The position numbers and the translations under genes are program-made. DNA of 61,011 nucleotides, counting the filler, from Basidioascus undulatus (taxonomy: Eukaryota), in the NCBI GenBank assembly GCA_000826855.1. It is 5 parts of 5 records of this genome, joined end to end, with 100 filler letters (N's around TTAATTAATTAA, not from the genome) between each part and the next. Parts side by side here need not be neighbours in the genome. Positions count along the whole stretch, not along the records: positions 36,832 to 44,831 come from JTLS01001453.1; positions 44,932 to 52,925 come from JTLS01001454.1; positions 53,026 to 61,011 come from JTLS01001455.1; 2 more parts are not named here. One strand, 5' to 3'. Under the pieces are notes generated by a model. That model did no database searches. It worked only from the letters and a program-made list of their open reading frames with translations, and had not been told where the DNA came from. How positions within the stretch are numbered: position 1 is the first letter of the stretch; the number at the start of each line of letters is the position of its first letter. This document shows positions 41,275-53,565 of this stretch, in pieces.

Positions 41275-42001
41275 CGTCTTGGACTGTTGTTGGAGGTGAA
41301 GGAAGAAGGACGTCGTAGCATATGCATGAGACGAAATGTAGGAGAATTTGTGAGAAAGGGGATGCACCGCCACCATCGTTTCACCCGTCATACGTTCCGT
41401 TGTCTCTGGCCTTCGCCTTGCTTTCGCAGATAGCAAGGTGTATTTTGCTTTTCGGGTGTCTGGGAACATTTAGGAGGTAATGCGGAGGAATTACATGTAT
41501 GACTTCGCAGTGTCGTGCAACGAGTTCAAGCTGTAAACCGCCAGACATTGTGTTCGGCTGATTGGCCCTGGGCTAGCGTCTCGCGTTTTTACCCTTTATC
41601 CTCGTCTCAGTCCTTGGACCTGGGGTCATTAATCCCCGCTAACTCACTCTCCCAGAGTGTGCCGAGCGCCGTCTGCAATCCGGGGCACGAATAGCCGCCC
41701 AGTAATAACGCAGTGCAGAAGTGAAAGCTCACATTGCTGTACTTGAGATCTTCGCAACGCTGTTGCTGCCGACCGGATTCGCCAACTTTTCAGACCTAAC
41801 CAACAGTAGAACAGAAAAAATGATCAGACTTGCCACGACCCAACATAAAGTCGGAGTATTCAGACCAGTCAATCACAGCGACAAACAGCTTCGCAAGCTG
41901 ACGCAGCGGCGCCTCTCCACGTGTCGATTCCCGCGGTTGCTCCCTCGAGAGTCGACTTCCTCGACTGGTCGTCTTCCCGCCTTCATCTCCCTAATTACAA
42001 G

Positions 42002-43567
42002 ATGCTATTCCGACCCTCAACATTCGTAGCGCTCGGACTGGCCGCCGTAGCCGCGGCGTCGAACGTCGTCGAGCTCACGCCCAAGAACTTCGCGGAACAC
42101 GTCGGCGGCAAGGATCCTGCGCTCGTGGAATTGTGCGTGTTGCAGTTGGTGGCGAGTGTGGGATCGGGGACTGATGGTTTGGTGGGCGGAATAGCTTTGC
42201 GCCGTGGTGTGGGCACTGCAGTGCGTCGGCTCGTGCGGGACTGGGAGGAGCGTTGAGAACATCAGCTGATGAGGTTGGGCGGTGACAAGAGAACCTCGCT
42301 CCGACGTATGAGCAGCTGGCGGACGCGTTTGCTGGGAGCAAAGGCAAGGTGCGCTGAAATTTTCTCGAAATGCATCTTTGTTGGACTTTGTGGCATGCTG
42401 ACAGTGTGACGACAGCGGCAGGTCGTGATTGCGAAGGTTGATGCCGACGGGGAGGGTAAGTCGCTGGGCCAAAAGTACGGCGTTCAGGGCTTCCCCAGTG
42501 CGTCAATCTTTTAATCCATTACCCTCTACTTTCTCTCACAATCTCAACGCTCTTCTCCTCCCCCAGCTCTCAAGTGGTTCCCCGCCAACGGCGGCGACCC
42601 GGTCGACTACGAGGGCGGCCGCGACCTGGACTCTCTGGCGTCGTACGTGACGAAGCACTCGGGCGTCAAGTCCTCCATCAAGCCTCCTCCGCCGCCCGCG
42701 GCCGCGCAGGTCAGCGCGGCCAACTTCAAGCAGGTCGTGCTCGACCCGAACGTGGACGCGCTCGTCGAGTTCTACGCGCCTTGGTGCGGGCACTGCAAGC
42801 GCCTCGCACCGATCTACGAGGAGGTCGCGAAGACGTTCGAGAACGAGAAGGGTGTCGTCGTCGCGCAGGTTGACGCGGACGCGGCGGCGAACAAGGATCT
42901 CGCGCGCGAGTACGGCATTACGTGCGTGGATCTTTCCCAGACCTGGTGGCACGCCACAACGAGCTGACATCGTGGGTTGGGCTGCGCACGTACAGCTCAT
43001 TCCCTACTATCAAGTTCTTTCCCGCTGGCGAGCCCAAGGCGCCGATCGTGTACGAGAAGCCGCGGACTGAGGAGGCGTTTATCAACTTCCTCAACGAACA
43101 CGCCGGCACGCACCGCGTCGCCGGTGGCGGACTGTCCGACCTCGTGCGTACTCTCACCAATCCTCTTATCCCCCAACCTAACAGCCGCTTTGTTTTCTCT
43201 GCAGGCGGGTCGCATACCTTCCCTGGACGAGCTCGCAGCCCTCGTCCGGACCCAAGCGCCTACCGAGCTTCTGACGCGCGCGCAGTCCGTTGCGGCCTCG
43301 CTCTCCTCGGACCTGACCAAGCGCGCCTCCGCGCTCAACGACACCGCGACAAAGTTCTACCTCCGCGCGTTCGCGAAGGCCGCCGAGGCGCCCGAGTGGC
43401 TCGACAAGGAGCGCGTGCGCCTCGCGAAGCTCCTCGAGGGCGGGAAGGTCACGGGCACGAAACTCGACGAGATCAAGGTCAAGACCAACATCCTGAAGGC
43501 GTTTGAGGAGGTGAAGGAGGTGAAGGAGGCAGCGGAGGAGGTGAAGGAGGCGGCGGAGGAGGTGTAG
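42002..43567 (+). CDS. Protein disulfide isomerase, TigA/ERp38 type (a-a'-ERp29 C-terminal domain); possible extension to 43591
   Basis: Signal peptide MLFRPSTFVALGLAAVAAA; two WCGHCK thioredoxin domains; AGRIPSLDELA..WLDKERVRLAKLL..KLDEIKVKTNILKAF helical domain. Confidence 0.95.
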
Positions 43568-44801
43568 GAGAAGGTCAGGGAGGAGCTGTGAGGTGGATTT
43601 GGGATGTGCACAAGAGGGGCGCGGATGATGGGGAGTATACCGTCGAGTGAGGGCTCGAGGATTTCACGGTTCCCTTTCGAATTCGAACTCAGCTGCGTGC
43701 ACGTTCGAAAGCTGTGCAGGCTTGGGTCGGGTTGAAGGAGTGAACCACAGCGAAGTGATACTTAACCGTTGCTGTGAGTTGCATTTGATTGCAACGTTCG
43801 GGCGAGCCGACGGGAGCCCGAGCAGAGAGTGCACACAATTTCCAACTGATTGAACGCAGTAGTCTCCCACAGCTGTCCGCTCGTTCATCAGCTCTCGCTC
43901 CCGAGTTCCTCCCAATCACACACACCGGCACGCACCGCCGGGACTGTGCATGCACGCCGCCGCATTCGTCATTTATGTATTGAGAAACTTCGATGTGGAG
44001 GTTGAAGAAATAATAATGACTGCCCAGGTTTTGACCGTTGACGGCTTTACGGTTCTCGAAGATGGCGAGAGCAAAGGTCGCTTGAAAGGTCCCGCTATCT
44101 CTAGATTATCTCGGCTTACGGATTGGCAACTTGGCGGACGAAAGTAGCTTTGCACTTGCTTTACATTGAAGGCAAATGTCAAGGGTCTCTTGTATGTTAA
44201 CTTGCTGATTGGGGTTCATGCGAGGATTGGTTCGTTAGAGAGAGCGACGTGAAGTGCCTGCTGGAGGGCTTCGGGAGCAAGTGGAGGGGCAAGGATCAGC
44301 GCAGTGCTCGGTACCGAATGCAGTCGGCACAACGTCGGCATATTCGGTGGTGTGCGGAAGCAGAAGGGAGAAACAAATTGCAGCAAATGAAAGTAGACAG
44401 ACCATGTACAGGCGCATAAGCAGAGCAGGTCAGCAAGTGTTGAGTTGACCAATGAGCAATAGCGAACAGACTGTTTCAGTGGTGTTGTTTGCAATAGAAC
44501 GTTGGCTGGCATACTTACTAGGGCCGATAGGTACATGGCGCAGTACTTGCCGGGAGTGTGCCGAGGGCGGCGCTTGGACTGACAGACCATAGCGCCGAGC
44601 TGGCCTTGGGCCTCGACCTCTTGCACACCCTCCGTCGCGCCCCGTCGTCAGTCGCCGGATATTGCATCCATCAGCGACACTCAGCGGCCAGGATGCCGCC
44701 GTCGCCTGGCAGCACCAGCAGCAGCGCAGGCCTGCTACCCCCGCTCTCTGCGTTTTCTAAACCTCCACCACCACACCCAGGGCCACCGCCTTCTTCCTCT
44801 C

Positions 44802-44822
44802 CTCTCTCTCTCTCTCTCTCTC
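44802..44822. repeat. (CT)10 microsatellite near contig end
   Basis: Direct inspection. Confidence 0.9.
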
Positions 44823-44831
44823 CACTTACTT

Positions 44832-44931
44832 NNNNNNNNNNNNNNNNNNNNNNNNNNNNNNNNNNNNNNNNNNNNTTAATTAATTAANNNNNNNNNNNNN
44901 NNNNNNNNNNNNNNNNNNNNNNNNNNNNNNN
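44832..44931. other. Artificial contig spacer
   Basis: N44-TTAATTAATTAA-N44. Confidence 0.98.
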
Positions 44932-45511
44932 CAGGCGGATCTGAAGCGTGAGTTTGAGGGGGATGCTTAGCTAGGGTTAGGGGGAAGGAGGGAGGAGGAT
45001 GGAGGACTATACGCACGCGTGAGGTGGAGGATGGGGATTCGCAGTGCTTCAATGCTCACTATCCAGTCTCGGGACTGGCTCCCCTGCCTTCGACTTTGAC
45101 TCGCCATCCTTCCCGTTCGGCAGGGCACATGCAGCTACTCGCGGTGCACCAGGCAGGCATCGATCGTCATGGTTCGCATCCATTGCAACGCGCATTTCTC
45201 TCCCTACTACAGCCCGCACCGACTTCTCGCGCCCTGTCGCACACTTCCTCTTCACATCCCACGACCACTTTCGCCTCCTGCTGGGCCGCATGGATGGGCA
45301 AAGCAAACTGATAATCGCCAAAACTGGGCCTGTTCGTCCTCGCTCGGCCGTCTTTCGCCCGCTCGCTGTTCTTGATGTCTCACCCACCCTTCAATGCCCA
45401 ATGCCAAATGCCAACTGCACCCGCCTCACGATCCTCTCAACATCCGCCGCTTTTCACTCGCTCACGAACCCTCCTCGCTGCGCGTCCTGTCCGACTTCCC
45501 TCCCATCCAAC

Positions 45512-46030
45512 ATGTCCACCCACTCCACCCTCCCCCCGGACCCTTTCACCCTTTGACGTTATCGGACGGGTTGAGCCGGCCACCGTCTCCCCTCAGTGGG
45601 ACGATGTTGCCGATGTCCTCAGTGTCGACGTTGCGACCACCGCTCACATCATGGTCCGTGCTTGCTTACACTTCCACTCAGCTCCGCTCCCACCTCGATC
45701 GTCCTCGCTCACCCATCCCCGCCGCCAAACAGGACGAATCTATCGATGTGGTCCGCAACTCGCTGAACCCCGCCTTCTCCCTCGACCACCAGCCGAACCA
45801 GCGCGCGCTGGACAACTGCTGTGCATACGCATGTACTCGTCCCGAATTGGGCATCTCGAGCGGGTGCTGATGTTCCTTGTTTCTTGTTCGATGTGTATGT
45901 GTTGGGTCAATGCCATTTTCCGCTATCATGGGGGGCAAGTGCGCATGGAGAAGTGTGCGAACCCTGAGCCTATCCCGTGGATTATGCAGCGCTCTATGGA
46001 CGCGCTGCGCGCTGAGGGATGGAGAGCTCG
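45512..46030 (+). pseudogene. Orphan family B, copy 1
   Basis: MSTHSTLPPDP (then frameshift) ..WDDVADVLSVDVATTAHIM|DESIDVVRNSLNP..RALD..CANPEPIPWIMQRSMDALR; intron 45654-45732. Confidence 0.55.
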
Positions 46031-48117
46031 TGCCTGGGTTCCGTTCGTAGGATGGAGAATGGAGGGATGGGGGAGGGGAAGTTGGGGCAGAGATGAGCTT
46101 GGAAGGGATCGCTTAGTAGGTAAGACAAGGCTTTTCAAGGTGTTTGAGGCTTTACACACGCGCTGCAGGTTGGGGTGAGAGATCCGGCTCCAGCTTCAAG
46201 ATGACCTTCTGGTTCGACTAGTCCGCATCTCTTAACCCGATAGATTCTTCGAGCTCTCGCCCAGCACCATGCATTGATCGACCCAGTTCAGCACCCGGGC
46301 GCCGGCAGCTTCTGCTAGCATCCAGCCCACAAGGCTTCTGCGTCCCCTGGCTTACCCCGGGCCTATCCTCTCGCTGCCTCTTCTTGTCCCTCAGTCTTGT
46401 GCAGCTGCTACACCTCATCTTATCGCTGGAAGTATTCACTGGGGTCCCTTTCCAAGACTCATATCAAGGCACGGGCAGACACGCGTGCAAAGAACTACTC
46501 ACGCGCATTCTTGACGTTGAAGCCGGCCGTTCCTCGTTTCGCTCGCTTCCGTCGTGCCTTCGTGTCTCGCCCACCCTTGTGGCCACAGATATCAAGTGCA
46601 TGGGCATGATACTCCCAGTCTGTACATGCTAGGTTTTCGATACCCCGCCACGGCACATCCTCCACGCGCACCTCGCTCACGAGCCACCTTCTTGCGCCTT
46701 TTCAATTCTTCACTCTCGATCTCCCTTCTCATATCACATGTCTACCGGCCAGCTTCCTGAAATTTCGGGGGCCTCCACTGTCCCCGCCTCTGCTACCATT
46801 ACCATTGTATCACCCGATGGCGCTTAAGAATAGGGAGTTAGTGCTCGGGTTGCCTGAGGGCTCTTGATGTTGCGCGTTTCTGAGGATGGACAAGTGCGGG
46901 GTCGCTTGTCGGGGATGCGGAAGCTGCCCGTTCCGCATTCAACACTCTTGCAGGCTGTTACATGTGTCCTCAGATTCGATCCGTCCCATAACTGAAAATC
47001 CAACTACGATTTCGCACCATCACTCCAGTCCATGCTTTAATCTCGCGTAGGTCTGCTCCTAGGCTTTCGCTATCGCAACAGACACACACCATGAGCACTG
47101 TGACAACTAGAGCCCACAGTTGCCTCTCGCATGACGCCCCCTTGCTGCCTCTTGGTCATACTCGACTCCACTGTCGCCTCTCGTATGGTCTCACCACCCG
47201 ACTTCTCGAGATAGGAGGGACTGAAAGCCGGCTCGCCAAAGTCGGTTCGTTTCCGCCGTAGCTGTTAGGAGACACGACTTTCATGCGTGATCAGGGCCCC
47301 TCAAGAGCGCTGATAGCACCTGCCACCCGTAGCGAAGGTCCGATCGCGACAGGCATGGTTCCAAGAAGCTTTATTCGTCCCCCAAACAGTACGACCAAAA
47401 GTGGATGCCAGCTGCGTCCCGCGGAAAGCGTCTGCTCGACGGGCTCGCCCGAGGAGGAATTGGCGTGCGCGGGGTACTTCAGCTTTTCTGAAGTGAGAAA
47501 CCGGTTCAAAAAAGAACGCACTTGCGAGATAGGAAGCAAGTAGCGATATAGAGCCGCGGCGGTCGGTCCCAAGGCATCGTCAATCCGCATTCAAGCGCTG
47601 CCACACGCCGTCATCGGTCTGGTATGGAACGGCTGGAGATATTTGCGTCGCGAGCATACGGGAATTGGAACAAAATATAGGAATGGTAGACGTCCTGGCG
47701 ACGGCCGACTTCGCCTAGATGGGCGATGCGTGGCTTTGCGGTAGGGCGGGCGGAGCTGCCTCTGGGCGAGGGATTTGAGGCAGTGTGCGGCCGCCTCTTA
47801 GGGACTACCATCGCTCGCCACCTTACCGGTCACCTTCTCAGATTCTATCCCGAAAGGAGAGGCAGATGTCATTCTTGCGAAGATTGGGCCGTTCTTTCCT
47901 CGTTTCGCCCGCTTCCGGTCGCCTTGATGTTTTGCCCACTCTCGCATTGTGATCACAATCCTCGGTGTCAAGTGCATTCGCGTATCAGTACTTTTTCTCG
48001 CAATCTTTCCCAACTCTCACGATCCCCGCTAACGTCTTCAGCCCCAATTTCACACATCGCCCACGAGCCACCTCACTGCGAATTTTCAGTTTTTCGCCCT
48101 GATCCCCCGCCCAGCTC

Positions 48118-48630
48118 ATGACATATGTCCACGCATACCCCCCTCTCGTCCCTGACCCTAACAGTGCCGCTTCGGCTCCTCCCACTATGGATGAATCGGC
48201 AGGTGATGGGGCGGTCGTTGAGCGCAACTGGGAGGACGTCGCCGACATGCTCGGCATCGACAACGCAACCGCCACGCAGATCATGGTCCGTCCCAGCTTC
48301 CCCATTCCTTCCCTTCCCAGGTTCCCGCTAACTCCCTCAATTAACCAGGACCTCGCCATATCTCTCCTCCGCAAGTCTCTCGACCCCGCGCTTCGCGACG
48401 TGGAACAAAACCCCCCAGACAAGCGGGCCTTAGACATCGTCGCGTCCAGCGTGCGTCCGTGAAGGAAGGGCCACACTGGACGTCTAGCTGTAGTTTCTCA
48501 CCCTTGGACCTATAGTTTTCCTCCGCTCTTGGGTAAGTGTATCGCAGCGTTCAGATGTGTGCGCCTCCGGGGCCTGCGATGTGGGTCGTGCAGGGCGCGA
48601 TGGACGCTCTGCGGGATGGGGAGGTTGGGC
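48118..48630 (+). pseudogene. Orphan family B, copy 2 (possibly partly intact)
   Basis: ..VPDP..WEDVADMLGIDNATATQIM|DLAISLLRKSLDP..RALD..CAPPGPAMWVVQGAMDALR; intron 48286-48348 at the same position as in copy 1. Confidence 0.5.
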
Positions 48631-49398
48631 CTGGGTTCTCGGGGAATTGATTGTTTGTATGCTGTTGGGTTTGTATGGTGTACGTGGTTGGGACACACCG
48701 TCAACTCAGTGTGCCTGTTCGAGACGCAACACCCCATGCGTTTTGAAAGCGTGCGCGGCCGTGATATGCAATCTGCTGATCTCAGTAGTGGATAAAGGTT
48801 TTCTAGCTCGCGTAACAGACGAATCTTGATACTGCCGAGATAGAGCTGCAACCCCTGTCTGTGCAGTGGGCGCTGTGTCTTGCGGCTTCATGTCAAGGAC
48901 CTCTCCTAGTTAGGTTTCCGGTTTGAAAGCTTCCCTAAGCCACCTACGGGGTTGATATAGAACAGAAAAACACTGAGGCTCTCAATTTCGCAAACATTTC
49001 ATGAACTGCATCCAAGCCGGAGCAGCCTTTACGCTTCAGTCCTCATCCTCCTCACCTCTTCCTGCCTGGCTGGCTGAAACTGTGCCGTTCCGCGTGAATC
49101 TACCTTCACTCGCCGTCTCCCCCTGTAATAGGAAAATCTTCCAGCATCTTTCTGCATATTCCCATCCCCAACAGTTTCCATGTTGCGCAATGTTGCGTGA
49201 CCTGCAAGGTACGACCGCCCCGCACACAACCGAACGTTGATCTTCACGTGCACCGGTTCCGGGGGCGGATGCAACCGGCCCGAAGCGCACCCGTTCCGCC
49301 GAGTCTCATCGAGATCCAGCGGTCGATTCTCACCCACATATTGACACCAAAACATCTACAAACAACACCCACAATAGCCAGAGAATACTTTGTTTCGA

Positions 49399-52300
49399 AT
49401 GCTCAACCCAGCCCGTCGAGCCCGGATCGCATCCGCCCGCGCCCTCCTCGCAGTCGCGGCCGCTCACCCAACGCCCGCCACGGTCGTTGTGCGCGTGGGA
49501 GCAGCGAGGATCAGCGCGGGGGTGAGGGAAAGGAGGGGGGTGAGGGGGCTGGCTACTCGTACGTTTCCCCGTCAGTTTGGGTGTAATGCTCGAAGCGAGA
49601 CTCAAGTAAGTGGGTCGGGCAGTTGCCCCTCCCCCGACGACCCCGTCCCCTGCCGCGGCGAGCACCGCTACCTCCCACCCGCTGCAGAAGCCGATGTTCA
49701 ATAAGATCCTGATCGCGAACCGGTTTGTCACCCTCTCCCAGACTTACAAGGTTGGGGCTGAAGGAGGTCGGGGCGGCGCAGAGGCGAGATAGCCTGCCGC
49801 GTGATCCGCACGGCACGGCGGCTCGGGATCAAGACGGTTGCTGTGTACAGCGAGGCGGACACGGGGGCACTGCATGTTGAGATGGTGAGCTTCCTTCCTC
49901 TTCCTCTTCCGCTCCCGTACTTGTGGCTCATGGGCGGTTGTGGGGTGACAGGCCGACGAGGCGTATCTCCTTGGACCGGCGCCGAGCTCGGAAAGCTATG
50001 TGGGTCTTCTGGGTACTTTTGCAGGAACTGGGAGGTACGTACTGACGGAGGAGAGAGAAAAGCTCAAGATGGACAAGATTATCGAGATTGCCAAACGCTC
50101 GGGGGCGCAGGTCCGTCTCCCTCCCTCCATCCCCACTTGAAACGGGGCTGCGTTGCTGAAAGCCGGCGCTGCACAGGCGATTCACCCCGGGTGCGCTTTC
50201 AGCTGGCGGAAAGGCCGATAGCATGGTGCTGATGGATGATGGGACGCACCAGATACGGCTTCCTCTCCGAGAACGCGAGCTTTGCGGAGCGCCTGGCGGA
50301 GGAGGGGATCGAGTTTATCGGCCCGCCCGCGTCTGCGATTCGGAGCATGGGGAGCAAGAGGTTCGTCGTCCTCCCCATGTCCCTCTCCTCCCACCTCGTC
50401 TAACCTTTCCAACCCACAGCGAATCAAAGGACATCATGCTCGGCACGCCCCCTCCCCTCCCTCTTCCTCCCTCCGACACTAATCCCCTCCCCCTCCCCTC
50501 CGCAGCCGCCAAAGTCCCCTGTGTCCCGGGCTATCACGGCTCCTCCCAATCTCCCTCCCACCTCCTCTCCGAGGCACAGCGCATCGGCTTCCCAGTCCTG
50601 ATCAAGGCCGTCCTCGGCGGCGGCGGCAAAGGGATGCGGGTGGTGCACTCCCCTGAGGAGTTTGACCAGGCACTCGAGAGCGCGCGAAGGGAGGCACAGA
50701 AGAGCTTTGGGGATGAGCGGGTGCTGGTTGAGAGGTTCGTGCGGGAGCCGAGGCATGTTGAAGTACAGGTGCGTTAGGCATGTGAGTACTGGACGAACGC
50801 GGCCCGCTTATTGATAGGTATAAACTGCGTGGGTTCTGGACAGGTTTTTGCGGATAAGTTGGGCAACGTCGTCCATCTGCATGAGAGGGACTGCTCGGTC
50901 CAGAGGAGGCATCAGAAGGTCATCGAGGAGGTGCGTGGCCGTTTCCTCCCTGTCTTTGGAGAGAATCATGCTGAAAGCTGACTGTGGTTGCAGGCCCCCG
51001 CCCCCGGCCTGTCGGAGGAGCTCCGCGCGGAGCTTGGGAAGAAGGCGGTGGACGCTGCGCGGGCGGTGGGGTATGTGGGGGCTGGTACGTCTTCCCCTTC
51101 GCTGCTTTATTCCTTCTCGACTGTCTTGGCGAAAGAAAGGCTGATGGGAAGGTGGGTGGGGCAGGTACTGTCGAGGTCCGTTGCTGTGAAAGAGAGTAGG
51201 TAGGAGGGAAGCTGATGGGGTGGGTGGAGTAGTTCATCATGGACAACAAGACGAAGGAGTTCTTCTTCATGGAGATGTACGTCTTCGTTTTCGTCTCCCC
51301 CTGGGTCTCGTCCCCCTATCGCAGCCATGCTGAAACTCGTGCACCCGTCTCGCAGGAACACCCGCCTCCAAGTCGAGCATCCCGTCACCGAGTGCGTACT
51401 TCTCCCTCCCCTCCAAATTTGAGGGCGAGATACTTCTCGAGCAATAGAAGACCTCTCACAACCCGCCCGCAGGATGATTACCCAAACGGACCTGGTCGAA
51501 TGGCAGCTCCTCGCTGCCTCGGGAAACACGCTCCCGCTCGCGCAGGCAGAGATCCTCCGCGTGGGGCACGCGTTCGAGGCGAGGGTTTATGCGGAGAACC
51601 CGAGGAAGTGGGTCGATTCTCCCTGTCCCTCTCTTCCACGGTCTCTTCTCCCAACCCGCCCCTTCCACTTCTCTCAGTCCCGCAATCTACTTGGGGTGTT
51701 GGAGCAAAGAAGAGACTGATGATGGTTGCTGGGGGAACACAGCAACTACCTCCCGGATTCCGGAACGCTCGTGCACCACCGGCCCCCGATGGCGGATGGC
51801 GAGATCGTGCGGGTCGAGACGGGCGTTAGGAAGGGGGACGAGGTTTCGACTTTCTACGTGAGTGGGTGGCTGCGCGGGAGTTTCAACTGCAGAGCCGGCT
51901 GACGCTGGGCTCTGAGGGATGTAGGACCCTATGATCTCAAAGCGTGAGTGTTTAATTTCCCCTTTTGAACAGATGTTCGAGGTGGGTTACTTACATAAAT
52001 GAGGGCACAGTGGTCGTCCACGGCTCGGATCGGACGGAGGCGCTGCGGCTCTTGCGGAAAGCGCTTGGCGAGTGAGTCGGCTGTGCGATCTCGAGCTTGA
52101 GGTTGAAGGAAAGTTTCTGATAAGGTTGGTGTTTCCTGGGAAGGTACGAGGTTGTCGGGATGCACACGAACGTCGACTTCCTCTCCAGCCTCGCCAGCCA
52201 CGAGGCTTTCATCGCCGGCGAGGTGGACACGTCTTTCATTGACGTACGTACAGCCCTTCTTTTGTACGTTTTATCAACCCGCTCATTCTAAGGTGGAGGC

Positions 52301-52925
52301 ACAACAGCGCTATCACGACACGCTCTTCCCTCCTCTCCCCTCCCCCTCGCCCCTCGTCCTCGCCCAAGCAGCCCTCTACATCGTCCTGCGCTCGCTCCCC
52401 GCCCCAGCGCCGACCACCTCCCCCTGGACTGCGCTCGCCTCCGTCCGGCTCAACTCGGACCTCTCCACGCGCACCATCACCCTCTCCGGCCCCGACGGCC
52501 TCACCGCCACCGTCACACTCGTCTCGACGTCGTCCTACCCCAAACAAACCTGGGACTTCTGGGTCTCCTCTCCCTCCGGCACCGAGCCCACCGTCTTCCG
52601 GGGCGTGACAGCCTCCCTCGAGGGTCCCTCCACCCTGAAGGCGGAGCTGGGCGACACGATCGTCCGCGCCTCGATCGTCTCCCAGCCGCCCTTAGGCGTG
52701 GCGGAGGAGCGCCTCTCGGTCTTCTGCCAGGGTGTCAAGACGAGTCTGACACTCCCCGCGCCCCGCTGGCTGGCCGAGCAGAAGGCTACGCTCGGGCCCG
52801 CAGAGGGGAGCGTCGTTGCGCTCATGCCGAGCAAGGTGATTGCTGTGAAGGTCAAGGAGGGGGATGAGGTCGAGATGGGGCAGGCGGTCGTCGTGCTGGA
52901 GTCGATGAAGACGTGGGTTCATTCT
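49399..52925 (+). CDS. MCCC1: 3-methylcrotonyl-CoA carboxylase alpha (biotin carboxylase + BCCP) subunit, mitochondrial; ~18 exons seen, 3' end in gap
   Basis: [87 protein letters not shown], biotin site VLESMKT; Arg-rich presequence. Confidence 0.9.
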
Positions 52926-53025
52926 NNNNNNNNNNNNNNNNNNNNNNNNNNNNNNNNNNNNNNNNNNNNTTAATTAATTAANNNNNNNNNNNNNNNNNNN
53001 NNNNNNNNNNNNNNNNNNNNNNNNN
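52926..53025. other. Artificial contig spacer
   Basis: N44-TTAATTAATTAA-N44. Confidence 0.98.
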
Positions 53026-53565
53026 AAGGGGAACTTGTCGGGTGGGGAGGGATCATGGGGATGGGCTGAGCGAGGGGGGAGCGGGGAGAGATGGGAGCTG
53101 ATATGCGACTTTGAGCGATACGCTGGCTGTGACGTTAACGTTTTGATGCTTGTGATATGAATTTTTACAGCGTTTCCTGCTGCCCATGTGCGAATTCCGT
53201 TATCGGTGGGCTGTTATGCCCTCGCCAGTCAAGTTCGTTGTTTGGCGGTTGTCGCCTCGCGTTTCAGGTGTCCCTGCCAAGGTCGTCCTCGAGCTACGAC
53301 GCGAATATGCGGGAATACTGATTTTTGCCTGCGCAAAGATTCTCAAATAAACTCGTCCATGCATTGGAACAAGCATCGCCGCTGGAAGGGCTTCGGGCGC
53401 GAGGCGCTAAGTCGCGTCGGCGCGCGCGGACCCGTGGGTCGCCCTCGACCCTTGGCCATCAGCCCTCACCCCGTCTAGTCTCGTCTGGCTGCCCGCTCGC
53501 TCACCTGCTCATTCAGCACACACACAACCAAGCAAACAACCAGACCGATCCCCTGCGCATAAGCC

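Noticed and set aside
44966..44985. TTAGCTAGGGTTAGGG telomere-like sequence near a contig start
   Set aside because: Fewer than two perfect units within purine-rich sequence; compatible with chance.
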